DNA of 64,000 nucleotides, taken from NCBI GenBank assembly GCA_016235455.1, contig JACRKZ010000102.1:7744-71743 (forward strand), written 5' to 3'. The notes below the pieces were generated by a model that ran no database searches, was not told where the DNA came from, and worked only from the letters and a program-made list of their open reading frames with translations. Source of the stretch: Armatimonadota bacterium. GTDB taxonomy: Bacteria > Armatimonadota > UBA10988. The position numbers were made by a program, and so were the translations under genes. This document shows, piece after piece, positions 55,184 through 64,000 of this stretch. How positions within the stretch are numbered: the first letter of the stretch is position 1; each line of letters opens with the position of its first letter.

Positions 55184-56173
55184 CTACCAGTGCGGCTCGA
55201 TGGCCGGCGGCGTGGCGATGCCGGCCAGGGGATGCTCGCTGACTACCTTCCACACCACCTGCTGCACAAGCTCGGCGAAGCGGGCGTCGGTGACCTTGTA
55301 GGGCTCGGTCGGGAAGCCCTTGGGGTCGCGCCGCAGCAGCGTGGCGTAGAAGGTCGCGCCGACCACGTAAGAGCCCGCGTTGGTCAGGTGGATGGCGTCC
55401 TTGTAGAGGTCGTAGGCGCCCTTGAAGCCGGGCATGTCGCCGGCGCGGAAGCGGCGGTCGAGTTCCAGCAGCACATGGCCGACGGGGATCATCAGCGGCG
55501 GCTTCTTGGCCTTGGGGTTGATGTTGCGCAACGTGCGCGTCAGCGTCTCGAAGTAGTCGGCCGTCTCGTTGGTGGTGTCCCAACCGCCGGTGTACTTCGC
55601 GGTGAAGCGGCCCTCGAACGGGTCGACCTTGCTCCAGTCGGCGGTCTTGCCCTCGACCGGCTTGTCGTAGGCGTCCTTGTCGTAGGGCACGCCCTGGCGG
55701 CCGATCAACATGCGCGGCCAGCGAGCGTAGATGTAGACCTGCACGTCGGGGCTGCGGCGCGTGGCCAGGTCGAAGTACTTCTGGGCATAGAGGATATCGC
55801 CCTGCTCGTCGGCGTTCTTGGGGTCGGCGTTGGCCAGCAGCCGGTCGAAGGGCTGGAGGGTGACGGCGTCCCACTCGTAGTTGGCCAGCGCGTTCAGACC
55901 GCTGCCAAAAGGCTTCTCGACGAACCCGCAGTTGTCGGGCCGGCTCTCGGCCGCGCGCCACAGGCCGAACAGCGGGCAGCCGGGTATCATCTGGCGGCCC
56001 CAGAGCACCTTGGTGCCCAGGCTCTCGGCGCACTGGGCGAAGGCGCGGTAGTTGACGGTATCGGTGACGCTGTTGCCCAGGTAGAAGACGCGCAAGGGCG
56101 GGTCGGCGGCCAGGGCCGAGCCCGCGACGACGGCCAGAGTCAGCAGAACGGTGCCGAGTCGCCTCAGGTCCAT
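55184..56173 (-). CDS. SGNH/GDSL-family hydrolase (candidate carbohydrate esterase)
   Basis: Signal MDLRRLGTVLLTLAVVAGSALA. Block I VFYLGNSVTD (GDSL-type Ser). A C-terminal DAIHLT resembles the block V DxxH motif. Confidence 0.55.
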   Translation of the reverse strand: MDLRRLGTVLLTLAVVAGSALAADPPLRVFYLGNSVTDTVNYRAFAQCAESLGTKVLWGRQMIPGCPLFGLWRAAESRPDNCGFVEKPFGSGLNALANYEWDAVTLQPFDRLLANADPKNADEQGDILYAQKYFDLATRRSPDVQVYIYARWPRMLIGRQGVPYDKDAYDKPVEGKTADWSKVDPFEGRFTAKYTGGWDTTNETADYFETLTRTLRNINPKAKKPPLMIPVGHVLLELDRRFRAGDMPGFKGAYDLYKDAIHLTNAGSYVVGATFYATLLRRDPKGFPTEPYKVTDARFAELVQQVVWKVVSEHPLAGIATPPAIEPHW

Positions 56174-56282
56174 GGTTCAACTTCCTTGTCTGGTGCAAGT
56201 TCGGCGCGGCGCAGGGCCGATCCTGCACTGCGGCGGCAGGAACTCATGGCACGCAGCCGAACCGACTCACGGGAGGGCACCC

Positions 56283-56576
56283 ATGGACGACGGCCGACAG
56301 CGCCGACGCGAGGTGGAGGCTCGGCAGATCGAGCGTCGAGCGCGGCTGCTGGCGCGCTATGGCCTGGGCATCGACGAGCCGCACCGCCTGGCGCACAAGC
56401 TGCGCTGCTGTCGCCGTGGCTGCCTCTACTGCCGTCTGGAAGCCGACCGCCGATCCGTGCTGCGCACCGAGCGCCGGTTGGTGCTCGACGATGACGACCG
56501 GGCAGCGCTCGGCGCGCACGCGACCGACCGGCTGAGCCGGCTGCGCACGCGTCGTCGCCACCGGCAGGTGCCCTAG
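56283..56576 (+). CDS. Small Arg-rich protein with CCRRGCLYC cysteine cluster (98 aa)
   Basis: In-frame ATG within ORF 56151..56576. Strong GC3 bias consistent with coding. MDDGRQRRREVEARQIERRARLLARYGLGIDEPHRLAHKLRCCRRGCLYCRLEADRR. No family. Could be spurious. Confidence 0.25.
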   Translation: MDDGRQRRREVEARQIERRARLLARYGLGIDEPHRLAHKLRCCRRGCLYCRLEADRRSVLRTERRLVLDDDDRAALGAHATDRLSRLRTRRRHRQVP

Positions 56577-57606
56577 CGCTTCAACCTCACCAGCGCCTTC
56601 ACCGTCCGCCGCGCGCGCACCGCGTCGAACGCCTCGCCGATGCGCGCCAGCGGCCAGGCCGCCTCGACGTCGTACCACAGCCGCGCGTCGAGCTTGCCGC
56701 ACAGCACGAACTCGGACACCCGCTGGTGCGTCTCGGCCTCGTCGTAGTTGCCGCCGCCATAGACCGTGAACGCGCCGCGGGCGCGGGTCGGATCGAGCCG
56801 GATCTGCCCCAGGTCATCGATGCCATACGTGGCGTACTTGCCGCCGGGCTTGAGCACAGGCAACACCGCGTCGGCCACGCTCCGGCGGCCCACGGCGTCG
56901 ATGATGATGTCCACGCCACCCGGCAACGCGGCGGCCAGCGCCGCGCCGAGATCCTCGCGGCGGTAATCCAGGTACGTATCCACCCCGGCCAGCGCCTGCG
57001 CCGGCTCAGCCAGCGCGGCCGAGCCGACCATGGCCACCGTCGCCGCGCCCACGTTGCGCGCGTGCGCCGCATAGCTCAGCCCATTGCCGCCCGAGCCCAC
57101 CACCAGGATCGACTGCCCGGCGGCAAACCCCAGTCGCGTCAGGTAGGACAGCGTCTCGCGCCAGGTGGTGAACATCGGCGCGACGCGCTCATCGATGCCA
57201 TGCGGCACGACCTGGTTGACGCGATGGCCCATCCACTGCTCGGCGGGCAGGCCGTCGGCGGCCATGGCCCACCAGTCACGTGCCAGACCATACTCGGCGA
57301 ACCCGCCCCAGGTCACCGACAGCCCCACCTCGGGCGCCGCGGGCGTGCCCACACGGGTCACCAGATCGCCCACGCGCAGGTGCCGCACCTTGGCGCCAAG
57401 CTCCACCACGCGGCCCACCGACTCATGCCCGAACACCGTGGGCAGCGGCGAGAGGTAGGGGAACCCGCCGTCGATGATGTGTGTGTCGGTGCCGGTGCAA
57501 CTCGCGCCGTAGACCAGCTCGCACAGCGCCTCATACGGCCCGGGCCGGGGCTCGGGCATCTCACGCACGACCAGTTGACCGGGACCCTCGACGACGGCTG
57601 CCAGCA
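56573..57606 (-). CDS. Zinc-binding alcohol dehydrogenase (MDR superfamily)
   Basis: Portion of ORF 56573..58606 starting MLAAVVEGPGQLVVREMPEP. CTGTDTHIIDG...GHESVGRVVELG (catalytic Zn ligands) and VVGSGGNGLSYAAHA (Rossmann GxGxxG). cat verified at 57604-57606. Confidence 0.8.
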
Positions 57607-57612
57607 TGTCCA

Positions 57613-60576
57613 CTACCCTTCCTTGCTCGCCTGGCCCAGAAGGACCACCTCGCGGTACACACAGAACCCCAACGGCCCATCGCCAAAGCTCAGGCGCACG
57701 GCCACCACGCGCTTCGCCAGCAGCGCGCCGTTCCCTGCGGCCAGGCGCACCTGCGAGCTGCCGCCCGCGCAGACCAGCCGGGCCTCGCCCAGCGGCTCGA
57801 AGCGGTCGGGCGCATCCGCGGTCGCTGCCGACACCGCGTAGCTCTGGCTCGCGCGCTGGTCGTCGTGGCCGGCGAAGGTGCGGATCTCGCTCAGGTCGCA
57901 CGCTCGCGCCAGCCGCAGCGTCAGCGTCTGGCCGGCGGCATAGCCGCGGAAGGTCTTGCCGTCGGTGGCGGTCGCGTCGCCACCCGCCGCGTTGAGCGTC
58001 GTGCCGTTGAGCAGCGCGGCCGGCGTGGGCGCGCCGCCGTCGTGCGCGGCACCGCTCTCCTCGGTGCCGGCGATGGCCAGGCGCTCGGCCGTGGTGATGT
58101 CGCTCTCGAAGCCGGCCAGCGAGGCGTCCGTGGTGCGGCCGGTAACCACCGGCGTGGCTCCCTCGGCCGACAGGCGCTGCTCGACAACGGTGGTGGCGGG
58201 CGCCGGCGGCGGCGCTGGGGCGGTGGTGACCGTACCCGCGTGTGCGCCGGCGCCCAACTCGGCGCAGACGTAGCGGCCATCGACCGTGGCCTTGGCCGGC
58301 TTGCCGTCGACGATCAGCGTCTTCGCCTCGGCGTCGGGCAGGCGCAATCTGGCCCGCGTGCCGGGGGGCACGTCCAGGTTGAAGCGGAGTTGCCGGCCCT
58401 CCCGGCGCCACGCGACCGGCACCGGCCCGAACTCCGTGCAGACGACGCCGCCGGCCTCCGTCAGGTCGGCCAGGCGCGGCTCGATGATCAGCCGCCGCCC
58501 GCTCACCGGCCCGTCGAGCCGCACGCCCAGCACATAGGAGCTGAGGAACCAGGCCGGCACCGAGCCGTAGTTGTGGCACGACTCCGGTCCGCTGAACATT
58601 TCCCACAGCGTGCCACAGTCGTCCGGCTTGACCATCCGCGCCCAGCGCCGGCGCATCTCGCCCAGCGCCAGCGCGTCGGCCGAAGCGCTGTCCATGCGGT
58701 ACAGCTCGCCGAACACCCAGTAGTAGGTGACCGGCATGCCGATGCCCGCGCGCCGGGCCACCGACTGCTCGTAGTCGTTGTTGTCACCGCAATGCCACAC
58801 CGCCGGCCGCTGGTAGTTGGCCTGGAACCAGGCTCGAGTCGAAGCCACGCGCTCGGCCGGCACCACGCCGCGGGCCAGCGCCAGCAGCGCCGCGTGCGCC
58901 GTCGGGCCGAGCCGTTTGTCCTTGACATACCCCGAGTCATACGTCCCCTCGGCCGCGTTCCACAGGTGCTGGTGTATGGCCGTGGTCAGGTCGGCCGCCT
59001 CGCGCGCGTAGCCCGGCTGCCCGATGACCGCGCCGAGCGCCGTGGCATCGCGCAGCGCCTGGGCCACGAAGGCGTTGAGCGCGGTGCCCTCGCAGGTCAC
59101 ATAGGCCAGCGGGTCGTCGAACGAGGTGTACTGCCGGGCTGAGACCAGCCCGCGCGGCGTGCGATGGTCGAGGAACCAGCGCATCTGGCGGACCAGCGCC
59201 GGCCACATCTCGCGCACGAAGGCGTCGTCGCCGGTGGCCAGCCAGTAGAGCCGCAGCGACTCCACCCACTGGCAGGCGTAGTCTTCGATGTAGCCGTGGA
59301 TGTCCCAGCGGTCGGAGATGGAGTGCGCCTTGAGCCGGCCGTCGGGCGTCTGCGACAGGGCGATATGGCGCAGCAGGTTCTTCAACAGCCGCGGGTCGGA
59401 GTAGACCGGCCGACCACCTTCGCCCGGCCCGGCCAGCGCCACGCGGCTGGTGATGAAGTTGGGCTGGGCCGGATCCTGCAGCCACTCGTTGCGCTCGCGC
59501 GCGTCGGCGCCGTAGGCGTCGTCGCAGGTGGACTCGATGGTGTTGACCGCCATCTCCCACAAGCGGTTGAGGAACGGATCGCTGCACGCGAACCGCCCGA
59601 CCCGCTCGAACGGGTAGCGCCGGTCGGTCATGGTCAGGCCGAGCACCTTCACGCGGCCGACCGCGCAGCGCAGCGTGACGTAGTGACAGCCCCATTCGTC
59701 GCCGGTGACGAAGCTCTGCCGGCCGGCGCGTGCGGTGTAAGTGGTGCCCTCGCCGTAGGTCTCGGTGGGTTGGCCGTTAATGCTGCGCAGCGAGTAGCTC
59801 AGCTTGAGCACGCTGTCGGCGTCCGCCTCCAGATCGACCGCGGCCCAGGCCATGGCCATGCGGCCCAGGTCGACGGTCACCTGCTGCCCAGCGCTCAGTT
59901 CGGCGGGAATGCCGCGCAGGCCGGTCAGCTCGCGCTCGCGGGCCAGCGGGATAGCCCGCGGCTGCAGAGCGCCCCACAGCGCCCCATCGACCGCCCGGGC
60001 CGCCTCCCAGGCGGAATCGTCGAAGTCGGGCTGGGTCCAGTCGCCGGTCTCCAGGCGCGCGTCGATGACATCGGGGATGGAGCCCCAGGCCGCGGGCGAC
60101 GGGCGGTACCGCGTGCGGCTGCTGCAGCGCCACGCGGTGTCGGTGCGCACGGTCTCCGCACCGCCGACGGTCAGCACGGCACCGAATCCGGGCGCATGCT
60201 CGATGACCTTCGAGTTGTGCCCGCCGGCATAGCCATGCACCAGCGCCACGAGCACGTTGCGGCCGGCGCGCAGGTACGGCGCGACCTCGACGCTGTCGTA
60301 CTCGGGGCGCTGCGGGTCGAACCGGCACGGCCCGCGCAGCACATAGCGCCCGTTGATCCACAGGATGTAACGCGAGTCGGCAAACAGATGCAGCGTCGCG
60401 GCCGTCGGCGCCTGCGGCAGGTCGACCGCGCGGCGGAAGGCGACGTACGCCTGTTGACCCGCCGGCACCGCGGGCGACCAGACCAGCGAGGCTTGCAGCC
60501 GCGGGCCGAGGTCGGCGGCGTGAGCGCTGGCCAGGCAGGTCAGCAGCGTCAGCAGGCGGAGGGGATGGCTGTGCAT
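57613..60576 (-). CDS. Alpha-L-rhamnosidase, GH78
   Basis: Signal MHSHPLRLLTLLTCLASAHA. TLHLFADSRYILWINGRYV is typical of the GH78 N-terminal domain, followed by the six-hairpin catalytic region. 987 aa with a C-terminal extra domain. Confidence 0.65.
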   Translation of the reverse strand: MHSHPLRLLTLLTCLASAHAADLGPRLQASLVWSPAVPAGQQAYVAFRRAVDLPQAPTAATLHLFADSRYILWINGRYVLRGPCRFDPQRPEYDSVEVAPYLRAGRNVLVALVHGYAGGHNSKVIEHAPGFGAVLTVGGAETVRTDTAWRCSSRTRYRPSPAAWGSIPDVIDARLETGDWTQPDFDDSAWEAARAVDGALWGALQPRAIPLARERELTGLRGIPAELSAGQQVTVDLGRMAMAWAAVDLEADADSVLKLSYSLRSINGQPTETYGEGTTYTARAGRQSFVTGDEWGCHYVTLRCAVGRVKVLGLTMTDRRYPFERVGRFACSDPFLNRLWEMAVNTIESTCDDAYGADARERNEWLQDPAQPNFITSRVALAGPGEGGRPVYSDPRLLKNLLRHIALSQTPDGRLKAHSISDRWDIHGYIEDYACQWVESLRLYWLATGDDAFVREMWPALVRQMRWFLDHRTPRGLVSARQYTSFDDPLAYVTCEGTALNAFVAQALRDATALGAVIGQPGYAREAADLTTAIHQHLWNAAEGTYDSGYVKDKRLGPTAHAALLALARGVVPAERVASTRAWFQANYQRPAVWHCGDNNDYEQSVARRAGIGMPVTYYWVFGELYRMDSASADALALGEMRRRWARMVKPDDCGTLWEMFSGPESCHNYGSVPAWFLSSYVLGVRLDGPVSGRRLIIEPRLADLTEAGGVVCTEFGPVPVAWRREGRQLRFNLDVPPGTRARLRLPDAEAKTLIVDGKPAKATVDGRYVCAELGAGAHAGTVTTAPAPPPAPATTVVEQRLSAEGATPVVTGRTTDASLAGFESDITTAERLAIAGTEESGAAHDGGAPTPAALLNGTTLNAAGGDATATDGKTFRGYAAGQTLTLRLARACDLSEIRTFAGHDDQRASQSYAVSAATADAPDRFEPLGEARLVCAGGSSQVRLAAGNGALLAKRVVAVRLSFGDGPLGFCVYREVVLLGQASKEG

Positions 60577-60625
60577 GGACGTTGCTCCCAGGGCCGCTGG
60601 CCCGTCTCGAACTGCGCCGCCCGGG

Positions 60626-61546
60626 TCACAACCCCAGCAGCGGATCCGGCATGGTCAACCACGCCGCCCCGGCATCGCTGACACCGGCGAACAGCGTCGC
60701 CGTGCCATCCCAATGCCGCTGAAGCCCGCCGCTGAAGACCACGTCGACCAGGTCGGGCCGCTTGGCCGGGCCGGGCGGGAACTGCGCGCGCGTGGCGATG
60801 ATGCGCACCGGCGTCGTGGCCAACGTATCGGGGTCGACGGCGAAGACCATCGGGTAGTAGTGGCGGATATCGCCGGCCTCCATCCAGGCGATATGGCCCA
60901 GCACGCCGAACCGGCCGTCGGGCAGCAGGTGCGCCTCGTTGGCCCCACCCCACTCGTAGGGCACGAAGTTGGTCGTCAGCAGCGGCGCTTCGGCGATCCG
61001 CTCGGCGGTCAGGTCGGCGAGCCGGTCGACCGTGGTCAGGCCGATGCGCGCGCGCCACTCGGCGGCGCCGTGCGGGCGGCTGAAGACCGTCACCCGGCCG
61101 TCACGCCGTTGGGCCAGGCGGATGTCCTTCATGTGGTCGGGCCCGCTGAGGAAGTGTTCCAGCCCGTCCAGCCGCCGGCCGCGATAGAAGTCCATGCGCC
61201 AGCCGATCTGGCCGCTCGGCAGCGTGACCGGGTAGCGCACGCCACCCAGCACCAGTTCGCCGTCGACGAAGGCCACGCACGGGTCCTGCAAGGCCTCGAA
61301 GGTCGGCGCCTCGGGACACGGATGCCAGACGCCGTCGGCCGCGCGCTCGAACAGCATCAGCGTCGAATACTCGGTGGCCCGTGACTCCACGCGGCCGGCC
61401 AGCAACAGGCGTCCGTCGAACCAGAACGGCGCGGCGATGTTGTAGACGTCGCAGTCGCCCACGCCGCCGAAGCGCAACGTGCCGGTGGCGAGCGGCGGCG
61501 CCGGCAGGTTGGCCAGCAGTTGCGCACAGGTCAGGGGCGAGGCCAT
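60626..61546 (-). CDS. DUF1861-like beta-propeller protein (GH130/GH43-related fold)
   Basis: ORF trimmed to MASPLTCAQLLANLP. Overall pattern (FGGVGDCDVYNIAAPFWFDGR, GVLGHIAWME) resembles the DUF1861 family. Low confidence. Confidence 0.35.
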   Translation of the reverse strand: MASPLTCAQLLANLPAPPLATGTLRFGGVGDCDVYNIAAPFWFDGRLLLAGRVESRATEYSTLMLFERAADGVWHPCPEAPTFEALQDPCVAFVDGELVLGGVRYPVTLPSGQIGWRMDFYRGRRLDGLEHFLSGPDHMKDIRLAQRRDGRVTVFSRPHGAAEWRARIGLTTVDRLADLTAERIAEAPLLTTNFVPYEWGGANEAHLLPDGRFGVLGHIAWMEAGDIRHYYPMVFAVDPDTLATTPVRIIATRAQFPPGPAKRPDLVDVVFSGGLQRHWDGTATLFAGVSDAGAAWLTMPDPLLGL

Positions 61547-61562
61547 CGATCCGTCTCCTTGG

Positions 61563-63416
61563 TCAGGTTCGCGTCCACCGGCCAAAGTCCCACACCATCC
61601 GCCGCCCGCCGTGCTCGACGATCAGCGTGTCGCCGCCAACGGCCTGCTTGACCCACGGGCTGTCGGTCAGCGGGAAGGCGCGGTAGTCCACGGTCTTGCC
61701 GTCCACCCGGTGCTGGTCGCGATAGGCGGTGCCGTGTGGCGTGTAGGTGAGGTCCAGCCGGTGGCCGGCCAGGTTGGTGTAGACCAGTCGTGGCGTCTTC
61801 GCGGCCAGCCCCGTGGCGTCGAGCCGGGTCCTGGCGCCCAGCGCATCGGCGAAGCGCGCCAGTTCCGCGTCGATGCCGCCACCGGCATACGGCGCCAGCT
61901 CGCTGGCCTCCAGCACCCAGGCGTTGCGCCGTTCGTTCGACCAGAGCACATCGCAGCCGTTCTCGGGCTTGCCCCAGGCGCCGGGCTTCACCAGCCGATA
62001 GGCAAAGAGCGTCGAGCCGCCGTGGCAGACCACCCAGCCTTCGCGCTCGACGCGCCGGACGATGGCGCCGGACAGCGGGAAGGGCACGTACAGCCGGTAG
62101 AACGGGAAGGCCGCCGGCACGTCGTAGAGCGCGATCTGCGTGGCTTCGTGTTGCAGGATCTGCTCATACGGGTTGTCGCCGTAGCCGAAGGCGTTCTTGG
62201 TCACGTCCTTCGGCCGGTAGGGACGCAGCAGGTTCTCCTGCTGCACCGCGAAGGTGCTCATCGGCTTGTCGGACACCCACTTGAGCATCTGCCGCTTCTG
62301 CTCCTTGTAGAGCCCGTCATCGCGGCTGGGGATGCTCTCCCACTGGCTGGCCAGGCTGTAGCTGGAGGTGTGCCAGGTCTGCAGTCGGATATCACGACCG
62401 CCCAGCGAAGCCACCGTCTGGCGCAGCAGGTGCGGCGCGGCACGGTCGTTGGCCACCTCGGCCACCAACGGCGGCAGGTGCCAGCGGCCGGGCCAGGCCA
62501 TCCAGAAGACGTGATACGGGCCCGTGGGCGACACGGCTATGCCGCGCCGGCCACCGAAGTACAGCCAGCCCACGCCGCCCGTGGAGCCGTTGGCGTCGGG
62601 GCTGGTGGCCACTGAGAACCAGTACTTGGCGCGTGAGCAGGCGCTGACGTAGTAGCCCTGGTTCCAGGCGCACGCCAGGTTGATCATCATCGCGTCAAGT
62701 GTCAGCTCCGCCTGCCGGCGGATGGTCTCATCCTGGGCGAACTCGGCGATCATACGCACCGGCATCAGGTCGCAGGCGAAGTAGATGGGCGCGTTGTACT
62801 CGTCCAAGCCGCGCGTGCAGATGCTCCGGAAGTACTCGCTGAGCCGCCGTCCGCAGGCCGTGCGAATCGCCGGGGCATCCAGCCCGTCCGCGTCGACCAG
62901 GTCGGGCCAGCGCTCGGCGGCGAGGTAACCTGCGCCGTCCTTCATGAGCCGGTAGTTCATGGCGCCGTAGCCGGTGTATTCGCGGTGCCGCCAGGTGGCC
63001 ACGAGGTCGCGGATTTTGAGAGCCGTGGCGGCGGGTATCTTCTCGGGGCAGAGGAGGTAGCCGTTGACCAGCGCATGTTTGTCGAACGGGTCACCAGGGT
63101 TGTTGTCGGTGGGATTGGCCTTGGATTTGGCTCGCGCCGCCGGCAGGACCGCGCTCACGGCCGCATCGATGCCTTTCAGCGCATACGCCGTGTCCTGGTC
63201 GAGGATCAGCCGCGCGGCGTAGTAGCCCATGGCTTCCTTGGGGTAGTTCGGCTTGGATGGTTTGTTCGTCGCACACCAGCGCAGGTACGCGGCGCAGCGC
63301 GCCTCGGCGCTCGCGCCGTTGATCGTCGCGCCGCCCGCGGCACCCGCGGGCACGTCGTCACCCTCCTGCGCCAACGCAGGCGTCAACAGCAGCGCCAGCA
63401 GCCAGACCACCCTCAT
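61563..63416 (-). CDS. Secreted hypothetical protein (617 aa)
   Basis: Signal MRVVWLLALLLTPALAQ. No confident family. Overlaps the downstream gene by 23 nt. Confidence 0.45.
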   Translation of the reverse strand: MRVVWLLALLLTPALAQEGDDVPAGAAGGATINGASAEARCAAYLRWCATNKPSKPNYPKEAMGYYAARLILDQDTAYALKGIDAAVSAVLPAARAKSKANPTDNNPGDPFDKHALVNGYLLCPEKIPAATALKIRDLVATWRHREYTGYGAMNYRLMKDGAGYLAAERWPDLVDADGLDAPAIRTACGRRLSEYFRSICTRGLDEYNAPIYFACDLMPVRMIAEFAQDETIRRQAELTLDAMMINLACAWNQGYYVSACSRAKYWFSVATSPDANGSTGGVGWLYFGGRRGIAVSPTGPYHVFWMAWPGRWHLPPLVAEVANDRAAPHLLRQTVASLGGRDIRLQTWHTSSYSLASQWESIPSRDDGLYKEQKRQMLKWVSDKPMSTFAVQQENLLRPYRPKDVTKNAFGYGDNPYEQILQHEATQIALYDVPAAFPFYRLYVPFPLSGAIVRRVEREGWVVCHGGSTLFAYRLVKPGAWGKPENGCDVLWSNERRNAWVLEASELAPYAGGGIDAELARFADALGARTRLDATGLAAKTPRLVYTNLAGHRLDLTYTPHGTAYRDQHRVDGKTVDYRAFPLTDSPWVKQAVGGDTLIVEHGGRRMVWDFGRWTRT

Positions 63417-63469
63417 GCCCTTGTCTCCGCGTCGGCGCAGTATAGCGCGCCGACGGGTCGGCGACGAGG

Positions 63470-64000
63470 TCAGAACCCGTGGCGATGCCGCGCCATGATG
63501 TGCTGTTGGTAGACCTCGTCGAGCTCACAGAAGTAGCCGCTCCAGCCCCACACCCGCACGATCAGGTTGCGGTGCTGCTCGGGATGGCGCTGCGCGTCCT
63601 CCAGCGTGTCCAGGTCCAGCGTGTTGAGCTGGAGTTGCTGCCCGCCGGTCTGGGCGAAGGCGCGCACCAACATGGCCACTTTGTCCAGCGCCTCGTCGTT
63701 GCGGAAGGCGGTGTCGCTCAGTTCAAGCGTGATCGGCCCGCCGTTGCAGACACGCTGGTAGGGGATCTTGGCAAAACTCTGCAACACGCTCAGCGGCCCG
63801 CGCACGGTCGCGCCGGGCGTGGGGGCGAGGTTGGCGCCGAAGAACTCGCCCGCGTGGCGACCGTCGGCGGTGGCGCCGACCACCGGCTCGCGCATGCCCT
63901 CATGGCCGCGCGCCAGCCACACGTAGTACATGGCCGAACCCGTGCCGGGCCGCACAATGCCGCCGCGACCGTTCTCGCCTACCGCCTCGCAGGCGTCGGC
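63470..64000 (-). CDS. Glycyl-radical enzyme (PFL/choline-lyase/diol-dehydratase family), C-terminal part; N-terminus beyond window end
   Basis: C-terminus HPEQHRNLIVRVWGWSGYFCELDEVYQQHIMARHRHGF matches the glycyl-radical domain consensus (RV-x-G-x-S-x-x-F...Q..I..R). The ORF-track Met at 63955 is probably internal. Confidence 0.55.
   Translation of the reverse strand, partial: ADACEAVGENGRGGIVRPGTGSAMYYVWLARGHEGMREPVVGATADGRHAGEFFGANLAPTPGATVRGPLSVLQSFAKIPYQRVCNGGPITLELSDTAFRNDEALDKVAMLVRAFAQTGGQQLQLNTLDLDTLEDAQRHPEQHRNLIVRVWGWSGYFCELDEVYQQHIMARHRHGF

Noticed and set aside
63470-63955. 161-aa ORF starting with Met as a complete small gene
   Set aside because: The sequence is the C-terminal glycyl-radical domain of an ~800-aa enzyme family. 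The Met is almost certainly internal and the gene continues past the window end.
1-64000. Searched for tRNA, rRNA, transposase/integrase and CRISPR-Cas genes
   Set aside because: None found. Apart from the repeat families described, no cloverleaf-like low-GC islands, no DDE/tyrosine-recombinase-like translations and no spacer-repeat arrays are present.

Overview
High-GC (about 68-70%) bacterial chromosomal segment, probably from a Planctomycetota- or Verrucomicrobiota-like polysaccharide degrader; this placement rests only on composition, Tat signals and the sulfatase, LamG and PPC domain content. It is densely packed with sulfated-polysaccharide utilisation genes and carries no rRNA, tRNA, CRISPR array or transposase.

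The ORF track is dominated by long antisense artefacts, as expected in high-GC DNA; the genes below were picked by recognisable motifs, and starts were moved to plausible signal-peptide methionines.

**Layout**
- 1-16.4 kb is one long minus-strand polycistron: IclR regulator, DgoD-like dehydratase, SDR, GH42-like beta-galactosidase, GH27 alpha-galactosidase, APH-family kinase, GH5/39-like hydrolase, HExxH lipoprotein, then four sulfatases and a beta-propeller protein, mostly joined by 4-nt ATGA/TGA overlaps.
- 17-22 kb holds a fifth sulfatase and a 1150-aa LamG protein.
- 22.1-28.1 kb is a lower-GC insert carrying a Septu-like ATPase + HNH pair. The ATPase has five nearly identical 102-bp (34-aa, TPR-like) tandem coding repeats.
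- 28-46 kb and 50-63 kb carry a second CAZyme set: an NPCBM alpha-galactosidase, D-lyxose isomerase, LamG/beta-helix paralogues, a GH88/105-like hydrolase, GH78 rhamnosidase, SGNH esterase, Zn-ADH and a DUF1861-like protein, consistent with an ulvan or rhamnogalacturonan-like substrate.
- 52-55 kb holds a 7-haem cytochrome c lipoprotein and a serpin lipoprotein. A glycyl-radical enzyme runs off the window end.

**Most striking feature**
At 46.3-49.9 kb, an ECF sigma factor is translationally coupled to a 988-aa single-chain protein. That protein carries unmistakable catalytic-core motifs of both RpoB and RpoC (including NADFDGDQ) but lacks most peripheral domains, making it a candidate miniature fused beta/beta-prime RNA-polymerase-like module.

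Three copies of a 70-80 bp extragenic palindromic element, built from triplicated CACAGAT/ATCTGTG heptamers, sit at gene 3' ends; one follows the mini-RNAP and two flank the lyxose isomerase gene.
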